Positions 1 through 13,765 of a stretch of 64,000 bases of DNA are shown in pieces. The number at the start of each line of letters is the position of its first letter. Within the stretch, counting starts at the first letter, position 1. The position numbers and the translations under genes are program-made. Source of the stretch: Podarcis cretensis (Eukaryota); the NCBI GenBank assembly GCA_951804945.1, contig OX638149.1, positions 87,668,001 through 87,732,000 on the forward strand. Direction: 5' to 3'. The notes below the pieces were generated by a model. The model worked only from the letters and a program-made list of their open reading frames with translations. It was not told where the DNA came from and made no database searches.

Positions 1-199
1 CGTTCTTAGTAAGTTCCCATGAAATTGAGCAAGGCTTTCTTTCTAGAAAGTGTGTTTAGGGTTCAGCTTTGAACTTTTGTTCTTAAACTATTGGGCTTGG
101 ATGGGGCCATGGGATGCTGTGTCGCAGCTCCCTCTCCCTCTGGCTTCTTTTTGCTGTGTTGAATTTTAGGATTCTTTTTTCACTTTGTCTGTCTTGCAG

Positions 200-3100
200 C
201 TCCCTGGCACCACATCGAGAATCTGGACCTCTTTTTCTCTCGTATATCCTTACCTGAAGGGCAGGGATAGTTGTATCCCAGCTGTCGGGATTGGGGGTGG
301 GGGCTCGGTTGCAGCAGAGCTGGGAACCCTTTACAAGGTTCCTTGTGGCCCATTAAACACTCCAAGAGGCAAAGGACCTTTCAGTATCAGTTCAGGAACA
401 AAGGATAGCATAATAAAGAACTAGCCTCTGGAACCCATACAGGTTTACAGGCCAGACAGCAACAAAAACAATACAAGGAGATTTACAATCACCCCCTCAA
501 ATGAAATTCTTTACGGCAGAAAGTTTCTGACTCTTTCCTCCTGATGGTGGCTGATCGTGACTTAATAGCATGGCAGGTTGAACTGGAAAAGGAGATGCTT
601 CCTGCTAATGGGAAACTAGTCTCTGGTGAAACTAAGGGTACTGCAACCAATATTCTGAGCAATTCTCTTTGACTGTACCCCTCACGTCTATAACCTGCAC
701 CAGAAGAATGGCTTCACCTGTATGCTCATCAGTGAGATCTTTGAATTAATGTGAGTATGAACTCCATGTCTCTTCCCATAAAACAGGATTGGAAGTGGAC
801 ATTCATTGTATTTCCATGGGTACCTTGTCAGAGATGAAAAAAAGAGTTCTGGTTTCGTGCTGGAGCTAGTGATCCTTCCCTGGCCCCAATTCCCTGTCAT
901 TCAGGTTGATAGGAAAACAAATCCTACTCCTGATTCTCTTTATGCAAGATGTCTCTGGTATGAAGGATTTAGACAGCTGGCGCCTTTTGCTGGCCCAGAT
1001 AATTTGAAGATGGGAGCGGGGAAGGGAAGGCTGAGTGCCTCCTAGTGTGACACATCTTCTCTTCTCACAGGCAGTTCATCTTTGTTGTGGCCTTCACCAC
1101 ATTCCTTGTCAGCTGTGTTGACTACGATATCCTGTTTGCTAACAAGCTGGTGAATCACAGCCAGCATTCCAGTGACCCTGTCAAGGTGACCCTGCCAGAT
1201 GCCTTCCTGCCTCCCAATGAGTGCAGTGCCAGGTAAAGTTAGCAAGGGCTATCCTTTCCTAAATTTGACCACATCCTAGCCCATCTTGGTCGGGTCTAAA
1301 ATCCAAGAGGCCTCCTGGATGCCTACTTTGCATTTTAAGTCACACTCCATCGTAGCTGTAGGCTCGGAAATGTAGTTCTTGCAAGGTGAGCGTTGCTGTC
1401 AAAACTGCTTTCAGATGTTTACTTCTATATCTGCCAAATCTGGGGTCTCCAGTGTTAACCTAATGTCATTGATAAAGTCGGGCCCCTGACGAGCCAGCTG
1501 GACTTTTAATATACTAGACAATCTTTGGCCCCTTGTGGATTAACTGTGAGAGAAAGCTTTGAGTTCACATTTGTAGCTGTACCCATCTTCTCTCAGATTT
1601 TCCAGCCCAGTTGCCCATTAGTACAGTTTAATGCATCTCAGCACTGCATAGCCTTGCACCCACCTGAAGTGCCTGAATTCTAGCAATCTGAGAAGGAGGG
1701 GTTGGCACATGCTTTGGAAAGAACTGTAACGACCAGAAGGGAGGTGGCTGCTTCTTCCTTTTGGTGAATCCATCTTTCTCATAGGATCCAGGCCAATGGC
1801 TTTCTCATCTCTATCCTGGTGATTGCGGGGGTCTTCTGGATCCATCGGCTGATTAAATTCATCTACAATATTTGCTGCTATTGGGAAATCCACTCTTTTT
1901 ACATCAATGCTCTCAAGATTCCCATGGTAAGCTGCTGTGCTCTGGGAACTGTTAGACATGCATGCACAAATCTACACACTGTGCTATTGATAGGGAATGT
2001 TGACACCTTAGCAATATAGTTCTGATTACCTGACTACAAGCAAATCAGTACTGCCATATCCTGCCCCCACTTTTTGTTTGCAACCTTCCCTGGAGCATTT
2101 GACTGACTGTTACTGGAGACAGAATGCTGGACCAACATGACTTTTGGTTTGACCCAGAATAACATTTGGGTTGATCCTGCAATTCAGTTCTTAGTGTCTC
2201 ATGTTCTTTTCGAAGCAGTGAGAGGCCTGCAGATAATACCTATTGCTTCTTCTCCTTTAAGGGAAAAATCCTGAATCTTCCTCTGTCCCTTATTGACCTT
2301 CCTCCAGAGTTGTACACTGCTGCTGATCTTTCTGGTCTGCTGCTAATCCCATGGTTGCTCAATCTGACTTGCTTGGTTGAGTGGCAGGGCTAGTATGTTC
2401 TGCAGCTGTCATTGTCTGGTTTGCCAGTGTTTGTTATTTGGTCCTTGCCCAAGTGTGTTAGAAGTTGAGTCTCTGCATAACCAATTCCCTTCCCCTTTTT
2501 CAGGAGTGGGGAAAGTTTTTGTTTGTTAAATTTGTTAGTCACTTTGTCTTTCCCAAGACAACTCAAAGCAACAAACAAACAACCAAATGGACAAAAAAAA
2601 CCCATCCCTAGATACATCAAAACCATTGTGGGGTGGGGGGGAGAAATACATTAAAAACCTACCCACTTCTAAAAGGCCACAGATAGTTAAAGGCCGAAGG
2701 CCTGGATATGAAGGAAAGTTTTTGCCTGGCACATAAAGATATATAATGATGGCGCCAGGTGAACCACTCTCTGGAGAGCATTCCACAAATGGGGAGCCAC
2801 CAAAGAAAAGGCTCATCTTCATGTTGCTACCCTCTGGACCTCTTGTGGAGGGGGGACATGGAGAAGCACTTTAGATTATGACTGCAGGGTCCAGGTTAAT
2901 TCATATGGGAAGAGATGGTCCTTGAGGTGTTGCGGTCCTGAGATGTTTGAGGCTTTATATGTCAAAACTGGGCCCAGAAACTAATTGGCAACCAGTACAG
3001 TCAGGCCAAGATTGGTGTTACATGCTCAAACTGTCCTGCCTTGTTGAGCAACCTGGCCACTGAATCCCGCAACAGCTGAAGTTTCCGAAATGTCTCAGAA

Positions 3101-6100
3101 ACAGTCCCATGTGCATTGCAGTAATCTAACCTAGAGGTTGCCAGAGCATAGACAAGAGAAGTTAGGCTATCCCTGTCCAGTTGGGGTCACAGCTGGGCCA
3201 CCAGCCAAAGCTGATGGAAAGCACTCCATGCCACTGAGGCCACCTGAGCCTCAAGTGACACCAATGGATCCTGAATTATCCCCAAGTTGTGTACCTGCTC
3301 CTTCAGAAGGGAGTGTATCCCCATCAAGAGGATTAGCCTTGTCACAGCACTAACCTCACCATCCCTCTCTTTGCCTGCAGTCCAATTTGCCGTACTACAC
3401 ATGGCAGGAGGTGCAGGCACGGATTGTCCAAATCCAGAAGGAACACCAGATCTGCATCCATAAGAAGGAGCTGACAGAACTGGACATCTACCACCGCATC
3501 CTGCGTTTCAAGAACTACATGGTGGCCATGGTGAACAAGTCGCTATTGCCTATGCGCTTCCACCTTCCCCTATTGGGCGATACAATCTTCTATACGCGTG
3601 GCCTCAAGTACAACTTTGAGCTCATCTTCTTCTGGGGCCCTGGCTCACTCTTTGAGAATGAGTGGAGTCTCAAGGCCGAATACAAGCGAGGCAGCAACCG
3701 CCTGGAGCTGGCTGAAAAGCTGGGCACCCGCATCCTCTGGATTGGCATTGCTAATTTTCTGCTCTGTCCGCTCATCCTCATCTGGCAGATCCTCTATGCC
3801 TTCTTCAGCTACACAGAGATTCTGAAGCGAGAGCCAGGAAGCTTGGGGGCTCGTTGCTGGTCCCTCTACGGCCGCTGCTACCTGCGGCACTTCAATGAGC
3901 TGGACCACGAGTTGCACTCGCGCCTCAGCAAGGGCTACAAGCCAGCCTCCAAGTACATGAACTGCTTCATTTCACCTCTGTTCACTGTCGTGGCTAAGAA
4001 TGTGGCCTTCTTTGCTGGCTCCATCCTCGCTGTCCTCATTGCCCTCACAATTTATGATGAAGACGTGCTTGCTGTGGAGCATGTCCTCACCACAGTCACC
4101 ATCCTGGGTGTGGCTGTCACTGTCTGCAGGTGAGTTGAGATTGGCTGCGAACAGAAGGGTTTTTGTTTTTGTTCTCTGAGTCTTGGCATCAACGGGGTGG
4201 TTGTCATTATTATGAGGAGCACCCAATCAGAGAATTGACAGGTGGAAATTAAAAGCATTCTGCTGACCAAAAATTGCATTAAGCTACAAAAGTTTTTCTG
4301 CTGAGTCTCCCACTGAGGAAGTTACTGGGAGATGAATTGCATGTGCTGCCTTTTCCTTCTGTGGCAATGATAGCTAGGACACTTGAGGAAATTGATTAAG
4401 CTTAACAACCCACGTCTTTCAGCTCTGCAAAACTGGTTGCTTCCCTGGTTTAGTGATCTCAGTGATGGTGGTGCCTTGGAGTTGTTTAAACTGTGACATC
4501 TGCAATGAGAGGGCCCCTGGGATGGTTCGAGGCAAAGCGTGGTTTTTCTAGAATAGTGCAACCTTAGACTTACCTTTCAGTTTTTGCCTGGATCAAGCAA
4601 GGACTGTCCATGAAGAATGTGACAGGCACTGCTTGAAGGTAATACTCTGGGGTGAGTCACAAACTAGGGTAAGCGGACAGAAAAGGAGAAAAAGGAGTTG
4701 GAAACAGCTTGATATCTGAGAGATGAAACAACGGTGGGGGTGGTATAGCAGGTATAGCTGCTGGTTAAACAGAGTTAGCTGTCCTGTATATTGATGTGCA
4801 GTAAAAATCAACCTGATACTTCCTATGTTGTAATTGATAGTTGATCAGCTTCTGACATTTTAGATTGATGTAACCTGCCACTGACTTAATGTTGAATAGG
4901 AGTCTAAGAAATCCAGAATCTAGGGATTTGGCTGATCACTGAGTCTGTGAGGAATTGTTGCAAGGTTGCTTTAGAGGCAAACAGGCATCACACATTTTAT
5001 TACCCTTTTATCAAAGGCAGTCTGAACAGGTTTGTACTTCAAATAAGGATATAAATAAGTACATAAATGTGTGAAATTATCATCTTCCTCCACAGTGAAC
5101 CCATAAATAGTTTCTCTCACTACACTCCTCTGTGTTCATCTTTCCATGAAGAGGGAACATGGGGCTGGGGACCCCTAGAACATAAGGTGCCTGTCTGCTT
5201 GTTTTTATGAAGGAATGTAGCTCTCCTTGACACCTGTCCCATCTGTCTTGCAGATCCTTCATCCCAGACCAGCACCTGGTCTTCTGCCCAGAGCAGTTGC
5301 TTCGGGTGATTCTGGCGCACATCCACTACATGCCTGACCACTGGCAGGGCAACGCCCACCGCTATGAAACCCGAGATGAGTTCTCCCAGCTCTTCCAGTA
5401 CAAGGCGGTGAGGTGGGGCAGGGTAGGGTGGGAGGAAATCATATAAGAACTGCCCTTTGCATAAACCCTGACTAGATCCAAGCATGTATTGTCCGTAGAG
5501 TTCCCCCCAAAATGGGGGAGGTTCTCTGACCCCAGGGCATGTGGGAGGAAAGAATCACTGGTATTTCCCCCAGTTATTCTCCCCAGTGCCTGCAGTCATG
5601 TCTTGAGGCTGTGCTGTGGTTTCACAAGTGATAGACACCCGTGCAGTTGTTGAACTTAATGCCTTTGTCTCCTTTACTTAAGGTGTTCATCCTGGAAGAG
5701 CTGCTCAGCCCCATTGTGACTCCCTTGATCCTCATCTTCTGTCTGAGGCCCAAAGCTCTAGAGATAATTGATTTCTTCCGCAACTTCACTGTGGAGGTGG
5801 TGGGCGTGGGAGATACCTGCTCCTTTGCCCAGATGGACGTGCGGTGGCATGGACACCCTGCGGTAGGTCCCAGTGAGGGGCAGCATCATGGACCTGACAT
5901 GCCTTGCCTTGTCCTGGGTCACAAACACCCTGCAGTGCCCCTGTCCTGCCCCAGTAGGCAGCTGTGACGCTGCTTGCAGGTCAGGTCTGCAGTGCCCTTG
6001 TGTCTGCTGGCTGCTCCTAGTCCCACTGAGGCAGCTGCATGGTGTGCACAAAACACCCTGTCCATCTCTTGTTTTGCAGTGGATGTCAGCCGGGAAGACG

Positions 6101-9100
6101 GAGGCTTCCGTTTACCAACAAGCCGAGGATGGCAAGACGGAGCTGTCCCTCATGCACTTTGCTATCACCAACCCACACTGGCAACCTCCTCGGGAGAGCA
6201 CGGCTTTCATCGGCTTGCTTAAGGAACGTGTGCACCGCGACAGCAGCCTGGCTCTGGCCCAGCAGGCTGTCTTGCCTGACAATGCCCTCTTCACCTCCAT
6301 TCAGTCCTTGCAGTCAGAATCAGAGGTACTGGGAACTAGTGTGTGGTAGAACAGGACATAATCCTGGTTTATCATAGGGAGAGATTTGGAGTGAACTGTT
6401 TCTTTTTGGTGGGATGGGGATAATGTTTCTATGTGGGCTTCTGGGCTCTGTGGAGTCATTTGAGTGCCATGGTAGTATGGCTGCCACTGTCTCATTGTGA
6501 CCTAATTAGACTACCTTCCTCTTGCAAGCATGCTACTTCTGTCTCCTGTTATCTCTTCAGCAAAAGTTAGTCATACTCCCCTAAAAGTTGGCACCTTCAG
6601 AGTCTCCACGTTACCCATCCTCTCCCCCCACTCCTTTATTTCCCAATTCCTTTTCCTAGGATATATTATTGCTTTTCTTTCTGTATATTTTTATTGTGAA
6701 AGTCTTAAGCTTACGGAAGACTCAAAGGTTGCAAAATGGAATTGTGATGAATCAATGAGATTCCTGTTGATATGAATTGATATTGGAATCAATATTATTC
6801 AATAAGATGCACAAATAACACTCAAATGTAAATAAAGTCAGACATAAATAAGCACCATCCCTCCCACCCACCCCCAGAAGGTCCTTGGTGTCTTGTGGTT
6901 ACATTGTTTCAATTTCACTTATCCAACTGCAATCAAAAACCTAAGGTCCTTTTGTGTTTAGGATCTCTTAATGTGATTAACAATCCCCTTCTCACTGAAT
7001 CACTTGTCTTTCCTATAAGAAAGTCCCCCAACACCTGTAGCATCTTCTCTTCCAAGTGTCACCATTTAGAAAGCATTTGAATTGCTGGGGGCTGGAGATG
7101 GGTGGGCTAATTTTCCAAAATGTGGAGAGAATTCAGGATCCACACTGCAAAGGCAGAGGTGAAGTTATTTATTTTTATTACAGTATATAATTTCTAGACC
7201 GCCCTTCACCCAAGAATCACAGGGTGGTTTGCAAAGTTCAGTTGTGGTGGTGAAGTGTCAAATGTAGATAGATGGGGCAGACCTTGGATCTTCCTGCCTG
7301 GGTCACACCTCCCTCCTCTGTTCTCTCCCTGCAGCCACACAGCCTGATTGCCAATGTGATTGCAGGCTCCTCAGTCCTGGGCTACCAGGCAGTCCGTGAT
7401 GGGCAGGCCTCGCGGCATCTCTCGGCTGTGTCTGAGGTGGCATCTGCCCTGCGTTCTTTCTCTCCTCTTCAGTCAACGCAGGCGGCCCACAGGAGTTCCC
7501 ACACAGAAGGTTCCCAACATCGGGGTCCTGGCACAATGGCAGGCTCAGGGTAAGAAGCTGCATGTTGTAAGGGGCTAGAGGAAAAAGCCAAGAATTGAGC
7601 ACCTCACCAGCACTTTACCCAGAGTGCTCTGAGGACTATTTAATGAGGCTTTTCCCAGCACAGCTATACATTACTGTGTGTTAGAGCAGGAGGCAGCCTC
7701 CTAGATGTGCCTTTGAAGCAGCAGCAAGAGCTTTTTATGCCTTTTATTACCTCTCTCCTGTTGGACTCCCAGTTCCCATCAGTGCCAACTAGCATGGCCA
7801 GCGGCAAAGACTGGTCACAAGCTCCCCACCCATGGCTTGGGGTTTCCTTGTGTTTGGAGTTGAGGTTATGAGGGACAGCAGAAAGCTATCCAGTTCTGCA
7901 AGGCTCCCCAAAGATTGCTGTGTGTTCTAAACATTCACTTTTAGTTAGCAGGCTACAGCGGTGGTATGGTTGATGTCACCCTTTCTAGGCTCAGAGGGGG
8001 GAAAGCTGCTGCAATCATACTATTGGGGTGTGGAGTGGCAAGAAGGTGCCTTCTGGACTCCAAATCACTCTTTCTAACACATCTTGACTTGACTCTTCTC
8101 TCCCTTCTGGCTTGCAGGGTTGATGCCAGGACAGCTAGTTCTGGCAGTAGTGCCTGGGAGGGCCAGCTTCAGAGCCTGATCCTTTCAGAATATGCCTCTA
8201 CTGAGATGAGTCTGCATGCACTCTACATGCATGAGGTGAGCTGAGCATCAAGAATCATGCAGGCCTTTGCAATGGGCCCTGAAGGTTATGTGTAGACCTG
8301 CATCTTTAGACATGTGTACCTGAATGAGTACAGCAAAGGAGGATCGAATAAGCCTCTGTACTGTGATATAGCTCCTAACCTAAGAGAAAGGCCCTTCATT
8401 ATACAGAACTCAGGCTGGTAGCAAATGCCCCCTTCACTGGGCCATGATTTATGACAATTTGTGTATAACTGAACATGAGTGGAGAGTATATAGGCTTGCA
8501 GGATGTGAGTGACACTTGCATGGATGCAGGTGATGACTTGCATAGACCTGTGTAGAAGCATGTGAAATTTAGGCTGTAAATGTGATATTTATGTGGAGGC
8601 CTGTGATACTTGGATTGTATCAGGTCCCAAACTGGGCTTACTTGGGACACATGTCAATGTTACCATAGGGTTCTAGTTGGCTGCCCATTAATACCCCCTG
8701 CCATTCTCAGTTACACAAGCAGCATGCCCAGTTGGAGCCTGAGCGGCACTTGTGGCACCGGCGAGAGAGTGATGAGAGTGGTGAAAGCGCCCAGGAGGAG
8801 CCCGATGCTCATCAGGGCACCCCAAGCAGTGCCATTCCCCGTTCAGCCAGCTATCCTTTCACCTCACCTCGCCAGGCTGGTGATGAGACAGCTGCTCTGC
8901 AAGCCGGCATCCAGCGTCGATACGGAGGTGTCTCAGGTATGTTTCAGGAACGCCAAACTCAAAGTGCTTCCATATTCCTTAGCCAGAAAAGGCTTTATTT
9001 CCTGCCAAACCCTGCACATACACATGCTGGCATTTCTTGTTAACTACAGGGCAACGAGAGAAAAAGATTAGATATCAGTCTGACATGCTGCTTGGCAGTT

Positions 9101-11037
9101 TTGGTGAACCCTTTTGATGACATGGCCAGTGCATCATATGTAAGAGGCAAGCTTTTACCTGTGCTGCCTACACTCTCAGATTGCCTCAAGGCCAACCTCA
9201 GTGCCTTCACTCCTTGCTGATCAGCAGGTTTGTAGCACTTGCTAGCAGTGCTACAAGAGTGGCATTATGAGTTTGGGAAGTTCAAAAATCCATTTTGCTT
9301 TCATTGCTGCCGTTTCAGAAGGCACCATTTTCTCTGTGATTTGGGCTCTCATTTTCTTTAGTTTCGATTTCCAGAAGGCTCAATTTTCTTTGGTTATGAT
9401 TTTCCAGAAGGGTAACCATGTCAGTCCATGAAAGCATGTGCTACCTTAAAGACTAATTTATGCCATATTCATACCTCATCAGATGGAGTAGACTATGGTT
9501 CATAATAAATTTATTAGTCTTTAATGTGCCACAAGACTCTTCGTTGTTCTGGTCACAAAGCTATCAATATACTTATGTCTTTCAACAAGGGGCATGGCCA
9601 AAGCTGGCAGGGTAGGGTGTTGCTTAATGGACTTGTTTAGAGGAGCAGGTGGGAACAAAAAGACCAAGAATACTTGCAAGATATTATATTTCCACTTACG
9701 CCACTGCTTCCCAGCTACTGTATCTGTGTTGGGTGGCTGGTAATGGGGAACAGAGCAGACTGGAAGCCCCAAACAGATTTTGCAGCAAAATTTAACTTTG
9801 GCTACCCCATCCGGTGGTTATCTTTTCCTCTTTGTTTTCCCACAGACCCTGGCATGGTGCACAGAGCCCCATCACACTTCGCTCGGCTGCCACTTGGGGG
9901 GTGGGCTGAAGATGGCCAGACTGCTCGGCACCCAGAGCCTGTGCCAGAGGAGAGCTTGGAAGATGAGTTGCCACCTCAGATACACAAGGTACAGCCTGAT
10001 TGATACTTGGGCATTGGCAATGGCTGTGTCATGAAACCAGAGGAATCTGCAGTCTCTTCATGCAGCTATATGTATTACTGCACTATCATCACCAGGAGCT
10101 ACCTGGCCAAAGACTAGTTAGTACAAAAATAATTTGATTTTGTGTTTGGGAAGGCTCTACTGATACAAACTAGTTGGGCTTTCAGGAACTCATACACAAA
10201 GCAGACCAAATAAATCAGGCAAGGCTATCCTGTAAACTGCCCCATGCTCCTTGGTTGAAGGGAGAAATTTTAATTTATAAATTAAAGAAAGAAAGCTATG
10301 TTTGGGTAGACTCCCCCCCCCCCCCAAGTGTCATCTCAGGGTAATATTTAATGCTGTATTGTTTTTAACACTCGATTGGAAGCCGCCCAGAGTGGCTGGG
10401 GAAACTCAGCCAGATGGGCGGGGTATAAATAATAAATTATTATTATTATTATTAAGAGGGAAGAGAGTAATATGGGAAGTTGAGAGAGTAAGCCAGGCTT
10501 CCTCAACCTTGGCCCTCCAGATGTTTTTGGCCTACAACTCCCATGATCCCTAGCTAGCAGGACCAGTGGTCAGGGATGATGGGAATTGTAGTCTCAAAAC
10601 ATCTGGAGGGCCGAGGTTGAGGAAGCCTGGAGTAAGCTATGGAGGGACAGAGAGCAATGGCAGGCATTCTGTGAAAGATCTCTAGCTTCAATGTGCTAGG
10701 CACACACAAAAGAAGGCTGGGGGCATTTTCTACCTTGGAAAGGGGAATTACAGTATATGCAGCATTTCTTCCCCTCCATCAGCTGTAGCTGTCAAAATGT
10801 TCTCTTCCATATGGCTTTTAGAGGTGGAGGATCCTTATTCTCCTTTGCATGTAGTCAGCTGATATTGCTAAATGGCCTACAACGTGCTTAAAAATAAATA
10901 CTGAAAGTTTCAGGAGGCGGGATCTTTGTTTGGCACAAAATCTGGAGTATTCAGAGCTTTGCTTTGACCCAGTCTTTCTCCTCACTGTCCCCCTTCCCAA
11001 ATAACTTCCTTTGCCTTCCCAATCCCTTCAGGTGTAG
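200..11037 (+). CDS. ATG9A: Autophagy-related protein 9A (lipid scramblase), 5'-partial; coding exons 200-243, 686-750, 1071-1232, 1785-1926, 3381-4129, 5254-5407, 5683-5862, 6080-6325, 7335-7549, 8118-8235, 8711-8936, 9846-9988, 11032-11037
   Basis: Spliced translation (PWHHIENLDLFFSR/VYNLHQKNGFTCMLISEIFELM/QFIFVVAFTTFLVSCVDYDILFANK.../WQEVQARIVQIQKEHQICIHKKELTELDIYHRILRF.../EDELPPQIHK/V*) matches vertebrate ATG9A as I recall it. All phases are consistent; all introns are GT-AG except the first (AT-AC). About 34 N-terminal residues lie upstream of the window. Confidence 0.97.
244..685 (+). other. U12-type (minor spliceosome) AT-AC intron of ATG9A
   Basis: Donor ATATCCTT at 244-251, branch-point-like TTCTCTTTGAC at 663-673, 3' end CAC at 683-685. 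Removing it joins ...FFSR to VYNLHQK... in frame. Confidence 0.92.
2640..3330 (-). mobile_element. L2-clade LINE 3' fragment (degenerate) in an ATG9A intron
   Basis: Minus strand resembles the L2 ORF2 C-terminal region (frameshifted AFSVVAP-W-type segment), like the copy at 53275-53800; boundaries approximate. Confidence 0.55.
9410..9555. mobile_element. Degenerate Penelope-like element terminal fragment
   Basis: ccttaaagactaat...attagtctttaa inverted arrangement resembles the palindromic fragment at 59878; family call from recollection. Confidence 0.35.
10341..10453 (+). mobile_element. 3' tail of a lizard L2-type LINE with (ATT)n tail
   Basis: gccgcccagagtggctggggaaactcagccagatgggcggggtataaataataaattattatt; the same tail occurs in reverse at 25162-25255. 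Confidence 0.65.
10494..10629. mobile_element. hAT-type MITE, 136 bp, nearly fully palindromic
   Basis: Long TIRs CAGGCTTCCTCAACCT(T/C)GGCCCTCCAGATGTTTT; perfect 8-bp TSD GAGTAAGC at 10486-10493 and 10630-10637. Confidence 0.9.
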
Positions 11038-13765
11038 CTGTGAAGGCTGAAGATCCTGTGTGGGCTCCACATCGTGGGCCCGCCTTAGCTGGTGGGACAT
11101 TGGGTTACCCTGCCCTATAAAGTATCAGTTGGCTCAAGTCTCCATGTCAGTGGACGTCAGTGCCAGAGTAAAGAAGGTGTGAAGACAGCAGTGCCTTCAT
11201 CGTGGGCGGAACTCTATCTAGACATGCATCATGCCGGTGGCACGCTAGCTGGGCATAGGCTGGATGTGTGTGTGATTACATATATTTGTCCGTGTCTGCA
11301 TCCGTGTCGTCCATGTTGGAGAACCATCCGAGACTTGCACAGAACGCCACGGAGCACACTACAGTGCAGGAGACTGGCAGCATCCATGCTTGCCCTGCCT
11401 GAAATGTCCTGTAGCAGGAGGAGGACCTGCTGTGTGGACCCCCGTTCAGAGGCAAGGAAGAGCTGTAACACTGTCCAGACTACAGCGTGTAATTAAAGAT
11501 GCAATCAGGCGATAGATTTGGACTCAGGAAAAGAAGGGCTGCAAGAGATTATTTTTGTAAGGGGAATGGGGCACAGGCTTCCTCCAGTGGCAGAGCCTGA
11601 CTTGGATAGAAGCTTTTCACACACAAGAAGGGTGCGTATCTTCCTCCCTGCTTTACCATTCACTCACAAACTTTGAAGCCAAGCCAAAAGAGGCACTCTT
11701 GCAGTGCCATCACCACTCATGCCGCAGGATTTTGTCTTCCTGTGGGCACAAATGATTCTACTGTTTGGGGCCACGTTTATTTCGCATCCCTCTTGCAGTA
11801 TCAAAGCACAGGCTTCGCAGGGTATTGCTTCACAGCCCGTACCAGGTTTTGCTTGAGGCAATATCTGAAATGACCAAAGTCTCCTTCAAACTTACCAAAT
11901 GGCACCCAGCTCCAGACCGATGGCTCCATTCTGAGGATGCACTTTGCTCTCACCTTGTTCATCCTGCTAGGATTTAGAATCAAGTATGAGGCTCTGCCCC
12001 AGGTGCTGTACTTGTGGGTATGAGGGATGGGTGGAGGAAGGCGACACTTGTCTGCCCCCGCCCCCATCGTTCTAGTTAAATATTTCCCAGATTCCCCATA
12101 CACATCCTGTGGGCACAAATGTTTGGGTTCTTCTCCAAGCTAGTGCCGTCCTCCTTGTGATGTCTCTTTTCTACGGATGCCTTAATGGCAAACATCCAGA
12201 TCTTGTGGAAGTGCCAGCAAGAGAAGAGTTCCTATATGCCAAATATATTACCTGTCACAATCTTAAGAACTGGGGTGGGCTTCAGGTTCTTGTTGAAAGG
12301 GCTGAACCTCTCGCCTGGCTAGACAAGGCGTTCTCTTGAACAGTCTACAGAAGTTCTGCTGGTTCTACTGGTTCCCCCACTTTATTACTAAAGAACACCA
12401 TGCCATCAGCTCCACTGTCGTCCTCTAATTCTTATGGGCTATGTGGTCTTAGCACAACAGCAAACTACTTTTATGGTTTGCATAGCAAACATCACGAAGA
12501 ATACTTTCCGGACTGCCCAGTGAAAACATTGCATCCCAAGAGGGTGTGGTACAATCCAGCCAATCATTGCTTAGGGTAATGCTAGCGCTCTCATCAGAGC
12601 TACAGGTCCCAATATGTCTTGGTTAACCCTGTGGTTTTGACTCCTTTGTCTTCTCTGTGGGGCCATTTTTTATTTTTTTTTTACAGTGGCTACTGCAACC
12701 TCCAGTAGCTGTTTGTCAAAGCTCCTGTTGTACATAGGAAAAGCAGCTTGCCATTACTGTCACAGATAAAATATGCATCCTTCCTCTCTGTGGGCACAGG
12801 CCGGGTTGCATGGAGATCCCTATATGGCCTTGGAACTGACATTGTAGGTTTTGGGAGCCAGGACTCTTGGGATTTCTTTTCTTCTTTGCCCTCTTTCAGA
12901 ATTGAAGAGATTATTTGCACTCAGCAATGAATTGATTACAGCTGGTAGTTCACCTGCTCTAGAAAGGAGATTATGCCCAAAAAGTATACTGTACTTCCCC
13001 ACTCCCTAACCTAGTTTAACAAAAGGGTGGTCATTGGTGTTGTGGGGTACATGCTAAAAGGGAAGTTGGTGAGCAGCAGCTTCAAGCTGTTAGTAGTTTA
13101 GATGTATGGCTGGTGCTGGGATTTCCCCCCGTTCTTCAGATTACTGGTGCATTTTAAGGAATTCAAAACAACTGATGGTAAAATATTAATTTGCTGTCTT
13201 TCCTGCAAAATACACATCCCCTGGAGTGTAGAAAGAATAGCTTCATAGATTGCAACTTTGATTAGTGCTGGTTATGTACTGTTGGGATGGGGAACCTGTA
13301 GTTTGTGAAACTTTACTATATTACAACTATCACCCCTGACCATGGAGCATGATGGCTGGAGCTGATGGGATTTGGAGTCCAACAGCATCTGGAAAACTAC
13401 AGGGCCACAGTCCCTGCACTACAGCAATCAGCTGCAGAGCAGCCCCATTGGCAGAGATGAGCCTGCTGCATCCTAGTGGAAATGTTACTGTACCCCTGGT
13501 CTAGCAGTGAATAAAGGGAGCGTTCTCAGCTAAAACATGGGGTGGGTGGGAATTCTAGCTGTCATGTATTATGCTTGTCTTGATTTTGCCCCCATATTTT
13601 TGTGCATGGTACAGCCACCTGTGGCCTCCTGTTTTGTTTGTGACACTAGAGGCTGGCCTGTGAGTTATGTGGAGCACTGCAAGTGGTTTGTAAAACAGAG
13701 CTTATGTCTGACATCCTGTACAGTACTGTATCTACTGAATAAAGAGGGGTGTTCCATTCTTTGAT
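11038..13765 (+). other. ATG9A: ATG9A 3' UTR (about 2.7 kb, end approximate)
   Basis: Follows the TAG stop at 11035-11037; AATAAA at 13510-13515 and at 13738-13743, the latter followed by a GT/T-rich tract. Confidence 0.55.
13738..13743 (+). terminator. Probable ATG9A polyadenylation signal
   Basis: AATAAA followed about 20-60 nt later by a GT-rich element (gctgtggccgtgcctgtggaattgtatttcgttgtgtc). Confidence 0.55.
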
